Assembly (NCBI GenBank): GCA_043228905.1
Contig: JBHGNT010000001.1
Coordinates: forward strand, 682,001-746,000
Origin: Azolla caroliniana
Taxonomy: Eukaryota > Plantae > Polypodiophyta
DNA length: 64,000 nt
Direction: 5' to 3'
Shown: positions 1-13,141 of the stretch, piece after piece
How positions within the stretch are numbered: the first letter of the stretch is position 1
Layout of the letters: every line of letters starts with the position of its first letter
Position numbers and translations under genes: made by a program
The notes under the pieces: generated by a model
Database searches by the model: none
Seen by the model: the letters and a program-made list of their open reading frames with translations, nothing else
Told to the model about the DNA's origin: nothing

Positions 1-3000
1 AATGGTCAAGCTCATACTTTACAACAATAAGTAAGGTTGTGAGTTCATATCTCAAGTCATTGAGATCTTGCACATTAACGATTTTCTCCCGAGAACATGG
101 CTTTCCAAATCACTTTCAAAGTTCAACCCATGCATGATCTGAGGGTTGAAAACATGCTTGAGGTGGTGCTATACAATGTTTTATTGATAAATAATCAAAA
201 AAGTTAGGCGTGAATTGGTGTTCTTTTTTCTCTCACAGTACATATTTATTATAAGAGGTAGTTTAAATATCAGTATTCTAATATTTAGTAACCTTTATAG
301 GACACGTAACATTTTATTTTTGTACAAAATAATTACTTTGCTTTTACCATAGCATGATGATATTTTGTATTGTATACATATTGACACCTTCACAGGAAAC
401 AAACAACCTTTTTTAGTTGCAATGTGTTGTACTATTTGTGCTCTCATCTCACATCAACTGATGGGAGAGTTGCAAGGCCTTTATTTTATGTGTCAACATG
501 CTCGAAAAAGTTCAAGAACTCATCATTTCTAGATTATCTTGGATGCCACCTAGCCACTCATATGTCCATAACATATAATAACTTTTGATGTGGCTTTGCG
601 AGAATGTCACCTAGCTCCCCTACTAGTATGCACAATATTGTCAAGATAAGTAAGAGAATTTTGTTTTGTTACATTATAAATAATGCGGTCACAAGCAAAG
701 ACAAAAAAAGGAATCATGGATTGTTGAAAAAAAATAACAACTGGATTGCCCTATTTATTATCCACACAGAAGCACGTTATCGGATGGGAACTTATGCAGA
801 CTCAATATGCCACCACAACAATAGTTTGACAAGGAGATGAGCTTTTGATCATGATCATGATCTCATGAAACCACAAAAGCGATCAATCTTATGATTCGAG
901 ATGTGTTTATCCTCATTTGTCTAACGTATGTAACATTTTGCTATTGCATTTATCATCTATCCCATCTTGAAACAAAGGAATTTTTTGTGAGATACACACA
1001 CTAATGAACATTACACACTTGATTTATTATTAACTTGTTTAGAAGGAAAACAATCGAGGGAAGAGGATCGCCCATATCCATTAATATATCCTCTAGTGAT
1101 TGTTAGCCAATATGTGTGTTGCCTTATCTTTAGGAGTACTAATCTATGTGATCCCACATATATCCATTGTGCTAGTTAGTGGACTCGTGCATAATTTTTC
1201 CTACGAGAAGTTTATTAGTTTGCATTATTTTTTATAAGTTAAAAACTGGATACAAACAAATAATGGCCTTTTAGATTTGAACACCTATAACCATTGGTTT
1301 ATCATTTGGTGCAATGCTAATTATAAATAGGCTAATCCTCCACTACTTGTTAGCAATTTATTTGCTCGAAAAACGTGCATTATGTGTTTGCCCCTCCTAA
1401 ACTAAGCGTGTATATGCATTGCTTCAGTACGAATATTCGTAAAAGCAATGCTTTTGTGTACCTTGTACTTTCGTCGGCAGTTTCTTGTTTACCATTCCAT
1501 CAATGCTCACAAAATTGTTGACGAGACGATTCGGTTTCGTTTTCTAAATTCAAAGCAAAGACGAGATTAGACACATTATATTAGATATAAAGTCATTTGG
1601 AGTCAGTTTACTTGAATGACAAGTTTGGCTCTTTCTACATCGATAGTGAATGAAAAGGATGTGATGAATTATCTGAGAAACACCCACGCACACACAAAAA
1701 AACCTTTGATAGGTTGATAGGTGAGTTGGGTGGTAGAAATCTACGTAGGGATGAATATATGTCGAGACCAAGAGGCGATTGGCCCATTTGGAAATGGTCT
1801 TATTTGTTCTTGTTTTCTGTTTCTTTGTGTGTGTAAGGGGGGGGGGGGGGGGTGATCAAAAGAATAATGTTCTGAAAAATAGAAGATAATATGTCCGTCC
1901 GGTTTCACATTCGGGCGGACATTTGTGTGTGGAGGGGAAGGAAGACCGGTGATTGCCGGTGGAAAGCCACACCACATGTTTTCGTCGACTCTCTCCTTTG
2001 CTCAATGTACATGGTAGACCGACGATGGGTCACTGTCTGTCTCTCTCTCTCTCTCTGTCTTTCTCTCTCAATAATTGCAGCCACATGCCTGTCCGTATAG
2101 AGACAGTACAGACGGTCCACCTTTCCTCTCTGACTCTACTTCTCTTCCTCTCACTAGACCTCTCGACGCTCTTCCTGTCACATCATCAGAGCAGGTGCAG
2201 GTCTAAGTCACTAACCGAGACACACACACACAGAGCATCCCTCAGTTGATCTCTTTTTCTTTTTCATCAGCTAGTTATGAAGTTTCGTAGCTAACCTTTC
2301 TTTGGTGGAGAGGAATAAATAGAGAGAGAGAGAGAGAAGCGCACTCACTGCAAGCCCAGTTGGGACTACGGTTGAAACATGAGATAGCTCTTATCATGTG
2401 TGTTTGTTTAGAGGCAACGTGATGCAACATGGAGGAAACGTGATATATGGTTTAACAAATGATGTGACAGAGTTTTTAGGTGGCTTGCTATTGGCAAAGG
2501 ATAGAACTTAGAAGTATATGTAGTATTTCAACCCTATGCAAGGCTATGTATATGTCTTGGGTGGTGTTGTTGGCAAGTGGAGCTTCCTGGCTAGAAGTCA
2601 TGCGCACGAAACAAAATATTGCACTGAAGAATATAATGAGTTTGAGGAGATTGACATCCTAATTAGCTACAAGAGACTCGATTCTAACCAAGTGCATGCA
2701 TGAATGTATACATTTGTGTCATTGCAACCACGAGGCTCCTAGATGTGTAACTACTAACAATCTTAGCATGTCTTCATTTGTTGAATAGAGGCCATTATTT
2801 TCCTTGCTCTCGTATTTGAACAACTTCTTAATCTTTTATGTGTGCACACATGTTGGTGTACTTATGCCTCATTGAAATAACATTTGTTTCTAATGAGCAT
2901 TGACGCCAAATTTTCCCAAAATATCCATTTATATAAAGTTCAGGCAATGGAAATGAATGCTTGAAGAGTTGCCAATGATCTCTTCCACTTTCAAGTTTCA

Positions 3001-4677
3001 ATATTTGTCAAACAAAATACCTTAACGTGGTAGTTTTTATGTGTTACCCCATTAATTCATCATACTTCTTTTATTATTTTTCCAAATAAAACTCTTCCAT
3101 TAGTTTTTGAATTTTTACAAATGATAATGCTATATACAAATCCCAATAGGGACGTTATAGTTGCATCTTATTGGAGGCCTATTCACTCCATATATTATGC
3201 AAGTGACATTGCATGATGCACGGTTTTATTGGAGAAGACCTGCCTAATTCATCGTACTTAATATGATTGTGGAAATTGATGCATTCACTCTCCAAGCGAA
3301 TTTTTACACCCTTACTCTTCCCTCGATCTTAATCCTAGTCAATAAGGACTTACATATAGTAAATATTTCCTCCTTGTGATGTTAATAGAGAAGCAATCAG
3401 ACGCAACACTTTGGTAAAGAATAAATGTGATATCGTGGATCAACTTCTATCTTTTTCTCAAGAAAGAAAGGTTACATTCAACACTCTTGAGGCAAGTTTA
3501 TCTCATTTTAAGACATGCTCAATAGATTTACCATGTGCAACAATGACCGACATCTAACTTTCAAATATATAGCTATGGGAACGTTCTTATAGATTCGTGC
3601 CCATTTACCCTACGACACTTTCCTCTCATGAATGCACCTAGAAACTGGTTGGTCTAAAATGTGTGACCACATTGATTAAGAAAGAGCAAACCTATCGAAA
3701 TATAGACACAAATTTATTGACATAAAAGGAAGAAGACATAATGTTCTTCCTATAACACATGTCCTCCATGTATTTTGGCAATAAAAGACAACAAAACATG
3801 GTTTGATTTGAACAAAGATGATATGTTTTGTGGTACTACTATTGAATGAAAATGAGAAAATTCCATACTTGGCTCAAGTTGGGACACAAACAATTTCACT
3901 TATGATTCTTAGCCAAAAATGCATGTCGTAGCTTTAAGCATACATTGATAATTGTGCGATGTTTGTGAATTATGTCACACAAATACAATACTTGGTCAAA
4001 CATTGAAATTCATGGATAGATCATAGAACCTTGGAACAATTTATTTTGTCACAAAACTAGATCACTCATAATACCATTTATTTTCAAACCTTTCAACACA
4101 CGATTTATCATTGTGTTATGAAAGATATATAGAAAGACATAAAATAAAATCGTGGTGAAGGGGTGTTTTTCTCTTCTACTTAGATTGGTTTTCATTGTTT
4201 GTCATGACTCCCTCCCAAAGAAAGAGATAGAATGAATCTTTTAAGCATGGAAACAAATCAATAGAATGTTTCTTTTGTAGATGTTTTCGACAAAAACCAT
4301 TAGATTGTAGACCATGGTCAATGTTTCGCAAAATCCATCCAAAAAACAAAGATGGGAACATCTCTTTGAGGACTCTTTTAGCCAACCTAATCTGACAATG
4401 TAATTATTACACCTGTTGGCATTGCCTTAAATGCACCAATGTCTTAAGATAACACGTGCAATGTATGGTTTAGAATCGAGATAGCCAACCATTATATTTT
4501 CTTATGGTCATTAATGTTGCTTTAAACATAAGCATGGCTTTAGATAACATAGGGAATGGAGTTATTAGTTTTTAATTGATGACCATTAGGTTATACAAGT
4601 TAAAACCAAATTATCAATGTGCATGCTTGTGAACATACAACTGTGAATGTATGTGTATATTGCATATGTTTGTTTAT

Positions 4678-4740
4678 GAGAGAGAGAGAGAGAGAGAGTG
4701 TGTGTGTGTGTGTGTGTGTCTGTGCGAGTGATAGAGAGAG
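4678..4740. repeat. (GA)n(GT)n compound microsatellite
   Basis: Direct reading. Confidence 0.9.
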
Positions 4741-7682
4741 AACTCATGTTATGTAGGTGTAAGTTCAATATGTAAATTGAAAGGGTTTTTTTTATACGAG
4801 GATCATTGATTTGAACTACTTACCACATGAACTATTTTTCACCTATTCCAATTTTTGTCGACTCTTACCAAGGAAAATAGGTGTCTTTGGTTGTTTACAT
4901 GTGTAAGAGTGAATAGTTTGTATGCCACGTATTAGCTAGAGATATGATAGATCAAGCAAGTGATATTCATGTATAAGAATGACCTAAATGCAAGAATGAC
5001 TTGTCCTAGTACTACTCATTACTTACCTATGCAATAAGGTCAAATCTCCCTTTAAACATTTTTTAATGTGGTCGTTATGTACTAGTATTCAAAATGCACA
5101 TGGATTGAAAATAATAATAATGCATTATCATTAGCATTTTAGGAGGGGGCTTCAAAGATTCAATGGCACAAAGTCTCGCAAAAGATAACATGATATCTTG
5201 TGACACCTTTTGATAATACAAGATACTATCATGAAATATTGCTCTTCAATGTTGGTTGTCATGTTATTGATAACAAAAAGTAAATTGATTCTATAATGAT
5301 GTTTCAATATCAATATCACTAGTATCCTCATTTGCATCAATTGTGCATAAGCTTATATACCTCATATGTGTTAATAAATTATTGCTTGAATGATAGCCTC
5401 ATGTGAAGTAAAATTTCATTGGCTTCAAAAAACTTATACAATAAGGTTCTTACGCAATAATCCAAGCACATATTACTGTTCGTTCATGTAGTCTTGCCAA
5501 ATAGATGTCTGTTCATATTCAGCACAACCTAATTCTTGACTAACACAAGACCGTCACGTTGCACGTGCTTTAAAAAGTAACTAAGAGATGAACTCCTTTA
5601 GAAAAAAAAATGCCACCCTCATGTTACTATCTCAAAGAGGCTTTTGATGAGATGACTTTATGATCACAATTAAACTGGTACTTGAGCATCAAATTTCTCA
5701 CAATATAACACAATCTAGAAAACACTTTCATTTGTATACTTCTTCTCCCTACTAGAATAACTTTTCTATCTTCTTCAAAGTAACCGTCACAATTATCAAC
5801 ATAACCGAGTTTGGGTCACTCTATGGAAAATACAATAAATCATCATGATCACCATGAAAATTGTACTATAATCATAAAGTTTTTTCGTAATCAAACATAA
5901 ACTACGTAAAAGCATATTCCTTTGCTGTGAGGAATAAACTTTAAATCTTCTCCAAAGTAAGCAACAAAACTATCATAATACCAATGTTATGTGCACATAG
6001 AAGAAAATGCATCAAATTCATCATGTAGGGGAATCAAGAATAAACACGAGAGCGTAGATATAAGATTAGTTATAATAAATTGCACCAATGTGTGTTGGAT
6101 TGATTTGAACAAAAAACAAAAAACATCACCTTTATTATGTATATGTAGAGTGCCTACATCCTGAGATAGAATTCCACCTCTAAGAGTGTGACAATTAGCT
6201 TTGTTAAACTCTATTATGTCCATAACTATTTTACATCGTCAACCTATGCTAGATATAGGCCCAATGGGTACAAATATGTGGGTACATACTTAGTTATTGG
6301 ACCCGTGTTGTCTTTAGATGTTTTGTCAAAGAGAAGTAAATATTTCAAAGTGATGTGGCTTGGCCTTCCAATATGTATTTTATCGTCATGTTGACATCGT
6401 GGATCTCCCATTCAAAGTATGTAGAACTTCATCAAATTCCACATCCCAAATAAATACCATCTTCATTAAAACTAAACCATAAAGAGGTCAACTATATCCT
6501 TAGTCATTGTAAAAAGAGGGTTTTTTTTGAAACCACTGTTGTTGGTCGGATGAATCTTAATGTGTCCACGGGAAATTTATAGAAGATTGGGAGTGTCAAA
6601 GTAAGTGATGGCATATATGAATAAAAATGTGAAGTAACAATTATCAACGATGAAATTCGTTGGCTTTGATTCAACAGACAAGAATACCCTAACTTCCACT
6701 AGAGGAACTTGTGTTGGTTTTCTTTACCAATAAGATATTGATGCATAGTCTTCGAATTGTCTTGAAAGGAACTCTCTTGCACCAATAATTCTAAAGACAT
6801 TCCACCTTCAGGTTTACTTGTCGGTCTACCATTTGATGCCGATTTAGAAAACTTCCAAGAGCCTTGACATTCTCCTTGAGTAAATATGTAATCATGTTGA
6901 AGGAGATGATCAACCTAACATGTTTGTCATTATATTTCCAATGAGGTTGATGCTGAGTTTGGACTCTCTAGGGAGACTTCACCCTCTCAACCTCTTGTGA
7001 TAAAGGCTTCTAATGTGGCTTGCCTAACATTGATGCCTCACATTTCTACAATCATCATCTTGTGTAAAGTACATGTCATATGCTAGCCCATACATTGGGA
7101 TTTTCTAGAATATCAAGAAACTTAATTGCCCAAAGTGCCAATACATTAGCCTTGGATCCACTATGTTCTTGCACCCATTCATGACAAATGCAATCGATTC
7201 AAAATAGATTGCCCATTTTCTCTATAGACCTGAGCCTATTGTAGGCATAACCTTATGAACCAATTGTAAATATAATTTTAATGGTTTAAGGGTAGGATAA
7301 GAGGTAAACCCACAAGAACCTATATGGGAACACTTGATAGAATGAGAGCCTAATGTGTCAAGTTACATAAAGGAAATTAGGTATCCCCTTCATTACACCA
7401 TCTCTAGATGATGTCGGTGAGGTAAAGCTCTGTTCCTTCGGATCCATTTGTCTAACCTTCCAAGGTATATCAAGAAATAATATTGTTTTAGTTTTATGTT
7501 TGTCTTTTGTCCTTTGCTCATAAGTGATTAGTGTAGTTAAGCAACCATAAACCAAATATATCATTGCTTATCATTGTATTTTGATTCATAAGAAAGTCAT
7601 TGCCTAATATTATTACACATATTCACAATGAACTTGTGTTATTTGAAAAGTATGATTAGTATTCATGGATATAGTGATAAGT

Positions 7683-7701
7683 AAACCCTAAACCCTAAAC
7701 C
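7683..7701 (+). promoter_or_regulatory. Tandem telo-box (AAACCCT)2AAACC about 650 bp upstream of the ANT-like ATG
   Basis: Direct match to the plant telomeric/telo-box motif AAACCCTA. Confidence 0.4.
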
Positions 7702-8114
7702 GGTACGTGAGGTGGTGGCCTCTATATATACAAAAAAAATAAAAAAAATAAAAAAAAATAAAAATCATTAAAACAAAATACTAATAGCTACTAATATGAC
7801 ATTAAGCATTAAACAAATTTTATCAAATATTTATTTGTAAGAATAAAATGGATAAGGGTGTTTTATGTTTGCTTTTTTGCTTTTCAGTAGTGGAACCATA
7901 GGTAGCAAACAGATTTAAATGATAAAAAATAAGAAAGCTCTCTTTTGTTCTTCCAAAATGGCATCAAAAAGTTAAAAATACTTGGAAAACAAGAAACAAT
8001 AACAAATCTGTAGTAGATACACATCTCCTTCTCAAAAGACCTCTCTGCTCTCTGCTCTCTCTTCTCCATCACTGCAGCACACTAGTAGTTTTAGTAGTAG
8101 TAGTAGTAGTAGCC

Positions 8115-8329
8115 ATGGATAGAACCCTCCCGCTCCTAGAACAATTCTTTTGCTTGTCTACCTTATATACACATAACCTATCTTCTATATATTGAAACCC
8201 ATATCAGTCTTTGGATCAATTTAACTAGCTAGCTAGCTACTAGTTAATCACTGCTGCTTAATCATCTCTGCTCCTCTTACTAACTACATTTGGAGGAGTA
8301 TTAATGAAGCAATGGATCAACTAATCTAG
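8115..8329 (+). promoter_or_regulatory. Candidate uORFs upstream of the ANT-like start (8115-8195, 8304-8324, 8312-8329)
   Basis: gccATGg opens MDRTLPLLEQFFCLSTLYTHNLSSIY*. MKQWIN* and MDQLI* follow. All lie downstream of a CT-rich tract (8020-8070) typical of transcript starts. The TSS is unknown. Confidence 0.35.
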
Positions 8330-8341
8330 TATTATATTACT

Positions 8342-8593
8342 ATGGATCATATCACTAACAACAACAATAACAATAACAGCTGGCTGTCTTTCTCATTGTC
8401 TCCATACTTGGCCATGGACCAAGATCAACACAACATGACCCCTCATCACCATCAGGGTCATCACCATCACCAAGTTACCTCCTCCCCCTCCTCCTCCTCC
8501 TCTACTACTGCTGCTGCTACTACTTCCATAACTAACACGACCACTAGTCATCTAAATCAGGCGTATAATTCAGCCAGTAGAGGAGACCATGGG

Positions 8594-8624
<31 letters not shown>

Positions 8625-11600
8625 TACTCTCTCCTCCTCCCCACACCCCTAGTAGTGATCATATTAACGGTTATAATCCTCATCCTTCTTTTACTTCACA
8701 AATGCTTGAAATTGCTAGCTTGAGGCCATCATTATCTAATAATAGTAGTAATAGTGGCCAGCAAAATCCTACTTCTAATTTAGCCATGATGGGAGCTGCC
8801 CTTACAAACCCTAATCACAATTCAGGAGGTATTGTATGCTCACACTCAATCTTAGCCACATTTCATAAATATCCATCTTCTTGCATTAGCTGCTTTATTT
8901 TGTATATCTGCATATTCATATTCTTAAATTTGTTTTGTACATTCTTAGTATTGTCGCTTGCTTAATGGGTTTTGTTTTCTATGTCAATTCCTTCAATAGG
9001 TTGGCAATTCAAGGGAGAGTTAGTGGAAGCTTCACATGATTATAGTGGGACATTGTTCAGTAATAATGTAACAAATGGAGACAATATCAATAACAGGAAG
9101 TATATTGCAAGGTTTAATGGTGGTAATAATTGTAGGAGTAATGGAAATGGAGATGATGATAATGATGACCAAGTGCGGGTGATGAGCTCTAGTCCTAATG
9201 TCATGATGATGATGACAATGGCGAGTGGAGGAGGAGGGGGGCCAAATGTAGAGGAAGGTGGGCCAAAGTTAGAGGACTTCCTTGGGTGTGTAAACTCCTT
9301 TTCCGATTACAATCGTCATGAAGGAGGACATAATCATCATCTTAATCCTAACCTTAGTACTAATCCTCATCCTAACCCTAATACTAATTACCATCTTAAC
9401 CCTAATCCTAGCCCCAATCATCATCTTAATCCTAATCCTAACGACCATCTTAACCCTAACCCTAACCCTAACCCTAATCATGCACCTCCTCACGGCCATG
9501 TCATACAACCCATCTTCTACAACGGTTCACGTGAGGATCATGTGGGCATTACCAGCAACAACACCATCGCTCATTCCAGTAGACCACCTAAAACAGAGCA
9601 TAATCATATTGAGAACCATAACCATAGTAACAGCTTCAATGCATTAATTGATATGCCCCCCCCTCATCATCATCTTAACCATACCCAAAATCATCAACAT
9701 AATGGTCATGGAAATTACCATCTCCTTAATGATCCCCTCAAAGATCACAGTTCCCAGCACTACAAATTCTACCAATTTGATCCTTCTACCCAAAATGAAA
9801 GCTTGGCCTTGTTGCAAATGCAAGAGGAGGCTCACCATAATCATCATGTCATGGTGGACAACAGGGACCATGATGACAATGTAGTTGGATTCAAGAGTGC
9901 ATTAAAGACATGGTTAGGTCATAATAGTGGTGAGAAATTGGATGAATTCAGCAAAGGGGTGATGAAGGAGAGCAGTGGAGTAAATTTGCAACAATCCCTC
10001 TCTCTTTCCATGAACCCTTGCTTACTACCTCATGGTGGTCTTAGCAATAATCCTAGTGGTATTATTGCCACCAATCCTGGTGGATTTCACACTAATCCTA
10101 ACATGGTCACCAGTCCAACCGAGGGAGCAATGGTGGAGCCTCATGTAATGACGAGTGATGGAACAGTACGCCAAGACTCGAGAAAGAGGGGCGGTAACAA
10201 GACGGTAAGCAAGGCACACGCCCCTCGGAAGTCTTTGGATACATTTGGACAGAGAACTTCACAATACAGAGGAGTGACAAGGTGAGGAACTTGCATACTA
10301 GATCCTCAAATGGGGAGTTTGCTTAAGAAATTTGACATGGAATGAGGAATTAATGATGGGTTTTGCTGACCAGCATATTCATTCATGTTTCAATCAAACA
10401 ATTAGTGACTGGGTTTTTTATGTTTAGAATGTTCAAAAATAAGGAATAACCCTAAAACCTAAACAATTTGCTTTGAACTAACCTTGCTTTTGTTGTGTTA
10501 GGCATAGATGGACGGGGAGATATGAAGCTCATCTATGGGATAATAGTTGCAGAAAAGAAGGTCAAACCAGGAAAGGAAGACAAGGTATTAACATTGATAA
10601 TTATAATACTGACAATAAAAAATATGATTTCCATATCTGGGTTCTCTCTGCATTTCCTGTCTCCTCAGAATTTTAGGGGCTCTAAAGGCTTTTTTGATCT
10701 TTCGGAACTTCAAGGGGATTCCTATATATATTTATAGTCTGCAATTTCATGAAAAACATTTACTAATATCTTCTCAATTTAGGTTTTCCGTTTTTCCTTT
10801 TTCTTTTTTCAGGTGTTTTTCATTTCTTAATATAATAGCTTACATATATTCTCATGATTTGTTTGTTTGGTTTTTGTTCTTCTACGATGCAATTCATGCT
10901 GATTCAATAATGGTGCCGGGAGGGCAGTTTATCTCGGTAAGCTAAAGATTGATGAAATATTCACAAGTACATCTGCTTGTTCATCATAATTCTATTAGAA
11001 GATCCCATAGTTGAGGGTAAAATCTTTGGTTTGTGCTACTCATTGACATAAAAAAGCTTCCCCTGTTGCCAATATAATATTTTGTTATTGTTATATAATC
11101 TTCGGTATCCGACATCTATATATTGTTTCAGATTATTTTTTGAAGGTCTACGGTAGAGGCATTGTATTTTCAGTAACTGCGATGTGATGATGATAGATTT
11201 TGTTTTTCCCAATCATCACAGGTGGATATGACAAGGAAGAGAAAGCTGCAAGAGCATATGATTTAGCTGCCCTCAAGTATTGGGGTCCTACTACCCACAC
11301 CAATTTCCCAGTAAATATATATATGATCCACTTACTACTAACTCATGCTATTATTCTGATTTTCTTTTGCTGCTTGAGTGTCGTCAAGGCTAAGCTACAT
11401 TCAAGTCTATATACATAATATATTTTGATGTTTATGTCCACATTACTATGTAAGAGAATCAGCATTGATTTCACATACAGTCATAGTGAGCATAATATAC
11501 ACTTACAATACATGCCTACATATTGCTATTCATTGTGTTTGATTTATGGCCTGTTTCACAGACCATATTCTCTATTTTTTTTTCTGATGGCGAGGTTTGT

Positions 11601-13032
11601 GGGTTTTTGCAGACAAGCACATACAAGGATGAGTTGGAGGAGATGAAGAATATGACCAGACAAGAATACGTAGCTTCATTAAGAAGGTATCTATCCTCTT
11701 GTCCATTACAATAGTGAACATTTTTGGCACAAAACAGAAAAAAAAGAAGAATAAAGAAGATGATACATAGAACGAAAACAGAAACTCCATTCATCTATCT
11801 CTTCGGCGTGTATAATGCAGAAAGAGTAGTGGATTTTCAAGGGGGGCTTCAATTTATAGAGGTGTCACAAGGTTTGATCTCTATCCAAACAAGCCCCAAA
11901 TTGTTTTTGCTTTTGTTTTCGGGTTGGGATAATTAAAAGGAGCTGATATCTTTCACGTGGAGAAACTTGATGAATTTGTTTTGCTTGAAAATATTGAAAT
12001 GTCGGTGTGTGACGATACTAGGCATCATCAACAAGGGAGATGGCAAGCTCGCATCGGAAGAGTTGCAGGCAATAAAGACCTATACTTGGGCACTTTCAGT
12101 AAGCTTACTTGCACTCTAGAAAGCCATTGTTGTGTAACTTAAAATTTTGATCACAAACTCTGCAAATTGAAGAAATCATCCCCATGGCAAGGACATGTTA
12201 GTGCAGCACATTCAATGTGAGAAGGTATTATATGTATTTTTGATGCCAATTGAATCAAATATGTTCTAGGTACTCAAGAAGAAGCTGCAGAAGCATACGA
12301 TATAGCGGCCATTAAATTCAGAGGCATCCATGCTGTAACGAATTTTGAGACCACCCGATACGACGTCCCAAAGATATGCTCTAGTAACACACTTTTGGTC
12401 GGGGAAGAGGCGAGGCGGAAGGTCGAAATGAAAGACAGTGATGTCTTTCAAGAAGGAATAGAAGATCAAGGGGTGGGAGAAGGAGAAGGAGAAGGAGAAG
12501 AAGAGAATTCCACAAAAGAAGAAAGTAGAAGAAAAAGAAAGGGCAAGAAAGAGTTCCAGCTCATGAAGGAAGATGAAGAGGGAGAGAGAAGCCAGATGAA
12601 GCTGATTTCTTTGGCAGCTAATGATGATGATATTGGTAAATACGGAGGTCATCATAGCCCTCTTATAGATGATGAGAATGCTGCCGAAGGCTTGACAAAC
12701 AATCCTGGCGAAATCCTGCCATCCGTTCCGAGCCTATCCACCGGGTCATCTTCAAGTGGGCTTATATGTCCGCAGCCCGAAATATGTCCAAACGTGAACG
12801 GATTACTACTGCTACATGAGAATGCCGAGAATAACGACCATCCGATGATGATGATGATGATGATGGGAAGCCCTGAGAATTCGATGAGCGAGGTCGATGA
12901 TGGGAGCCCGAAGCAAATGCTCACGATTCCAGGAGAGTATACAAAAGCACTCGAATCGGCCAATAATGAGCATCATGAGGAGTATCATCATCGTGGGGTT
13001 GGCGTGCCATGGATGTTAAATGATTCAAATCT

Positions 13033-13069
<37 letters not shown>

Positions 13070-13141
13070 AGTGTTGGTTGTATTCGAGGCGGCGGTGGGC
13101 ATCATCTTCAACCGATGTTTGCGGCTTGGAATGATGCCTGA
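8342..13141 (+). CDS. ANT: AINTEGUMENTA-like (euANT) double-AP2-domain transcription factor, 9 exons: 8342-8828, 9000-10281, 10502-10584, 10928-10936, 11222-11310, 11613-11686, 11821-11871, 12022-12098, 12270-13141
   Basis: Manual GT-AG splicing keeps frame. It yields euANT motifs [15 protein letters not shown] and [14 protein letters not shown]; AP2-R1 [53 protein letters not shown]; linker; AP2-R2 [44 protein letters not shown]; and C-terminal FAAWNDA. Exact orthology (ANT vs AIL/BBM) is not resolved. Confidence 0.95.
10928..10936 (+). other. 9-nt microexon encoding (V)YL(G) of AP2 repeat 1
   Basis: The sequence cag|TTTATCTCG|gtaag has a consensus donor. It is needed to join ...GRQ G| to |GT GGA TAT and restore RQVYLGGY. 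Confidence 0.93.

Noticed and set aside
2700-4500. Possible transposase relic (HDARF-like string near 3212)
   Set aside because: A single short motif with no supporting ORF or termini.
5900-7560. Possible decayed LTR retroelement on the minus strand (MDPKEQ start, purine tract near 6175)
   Set aside because: No paired LTRs, clear PBS or recognisable domain motif could be read.
9269-9884. Alternative-frame and antisense ORFs over the ANT-like exon 2
   Set aside because: Artefacts of His/Asn/Pro codon repeats.
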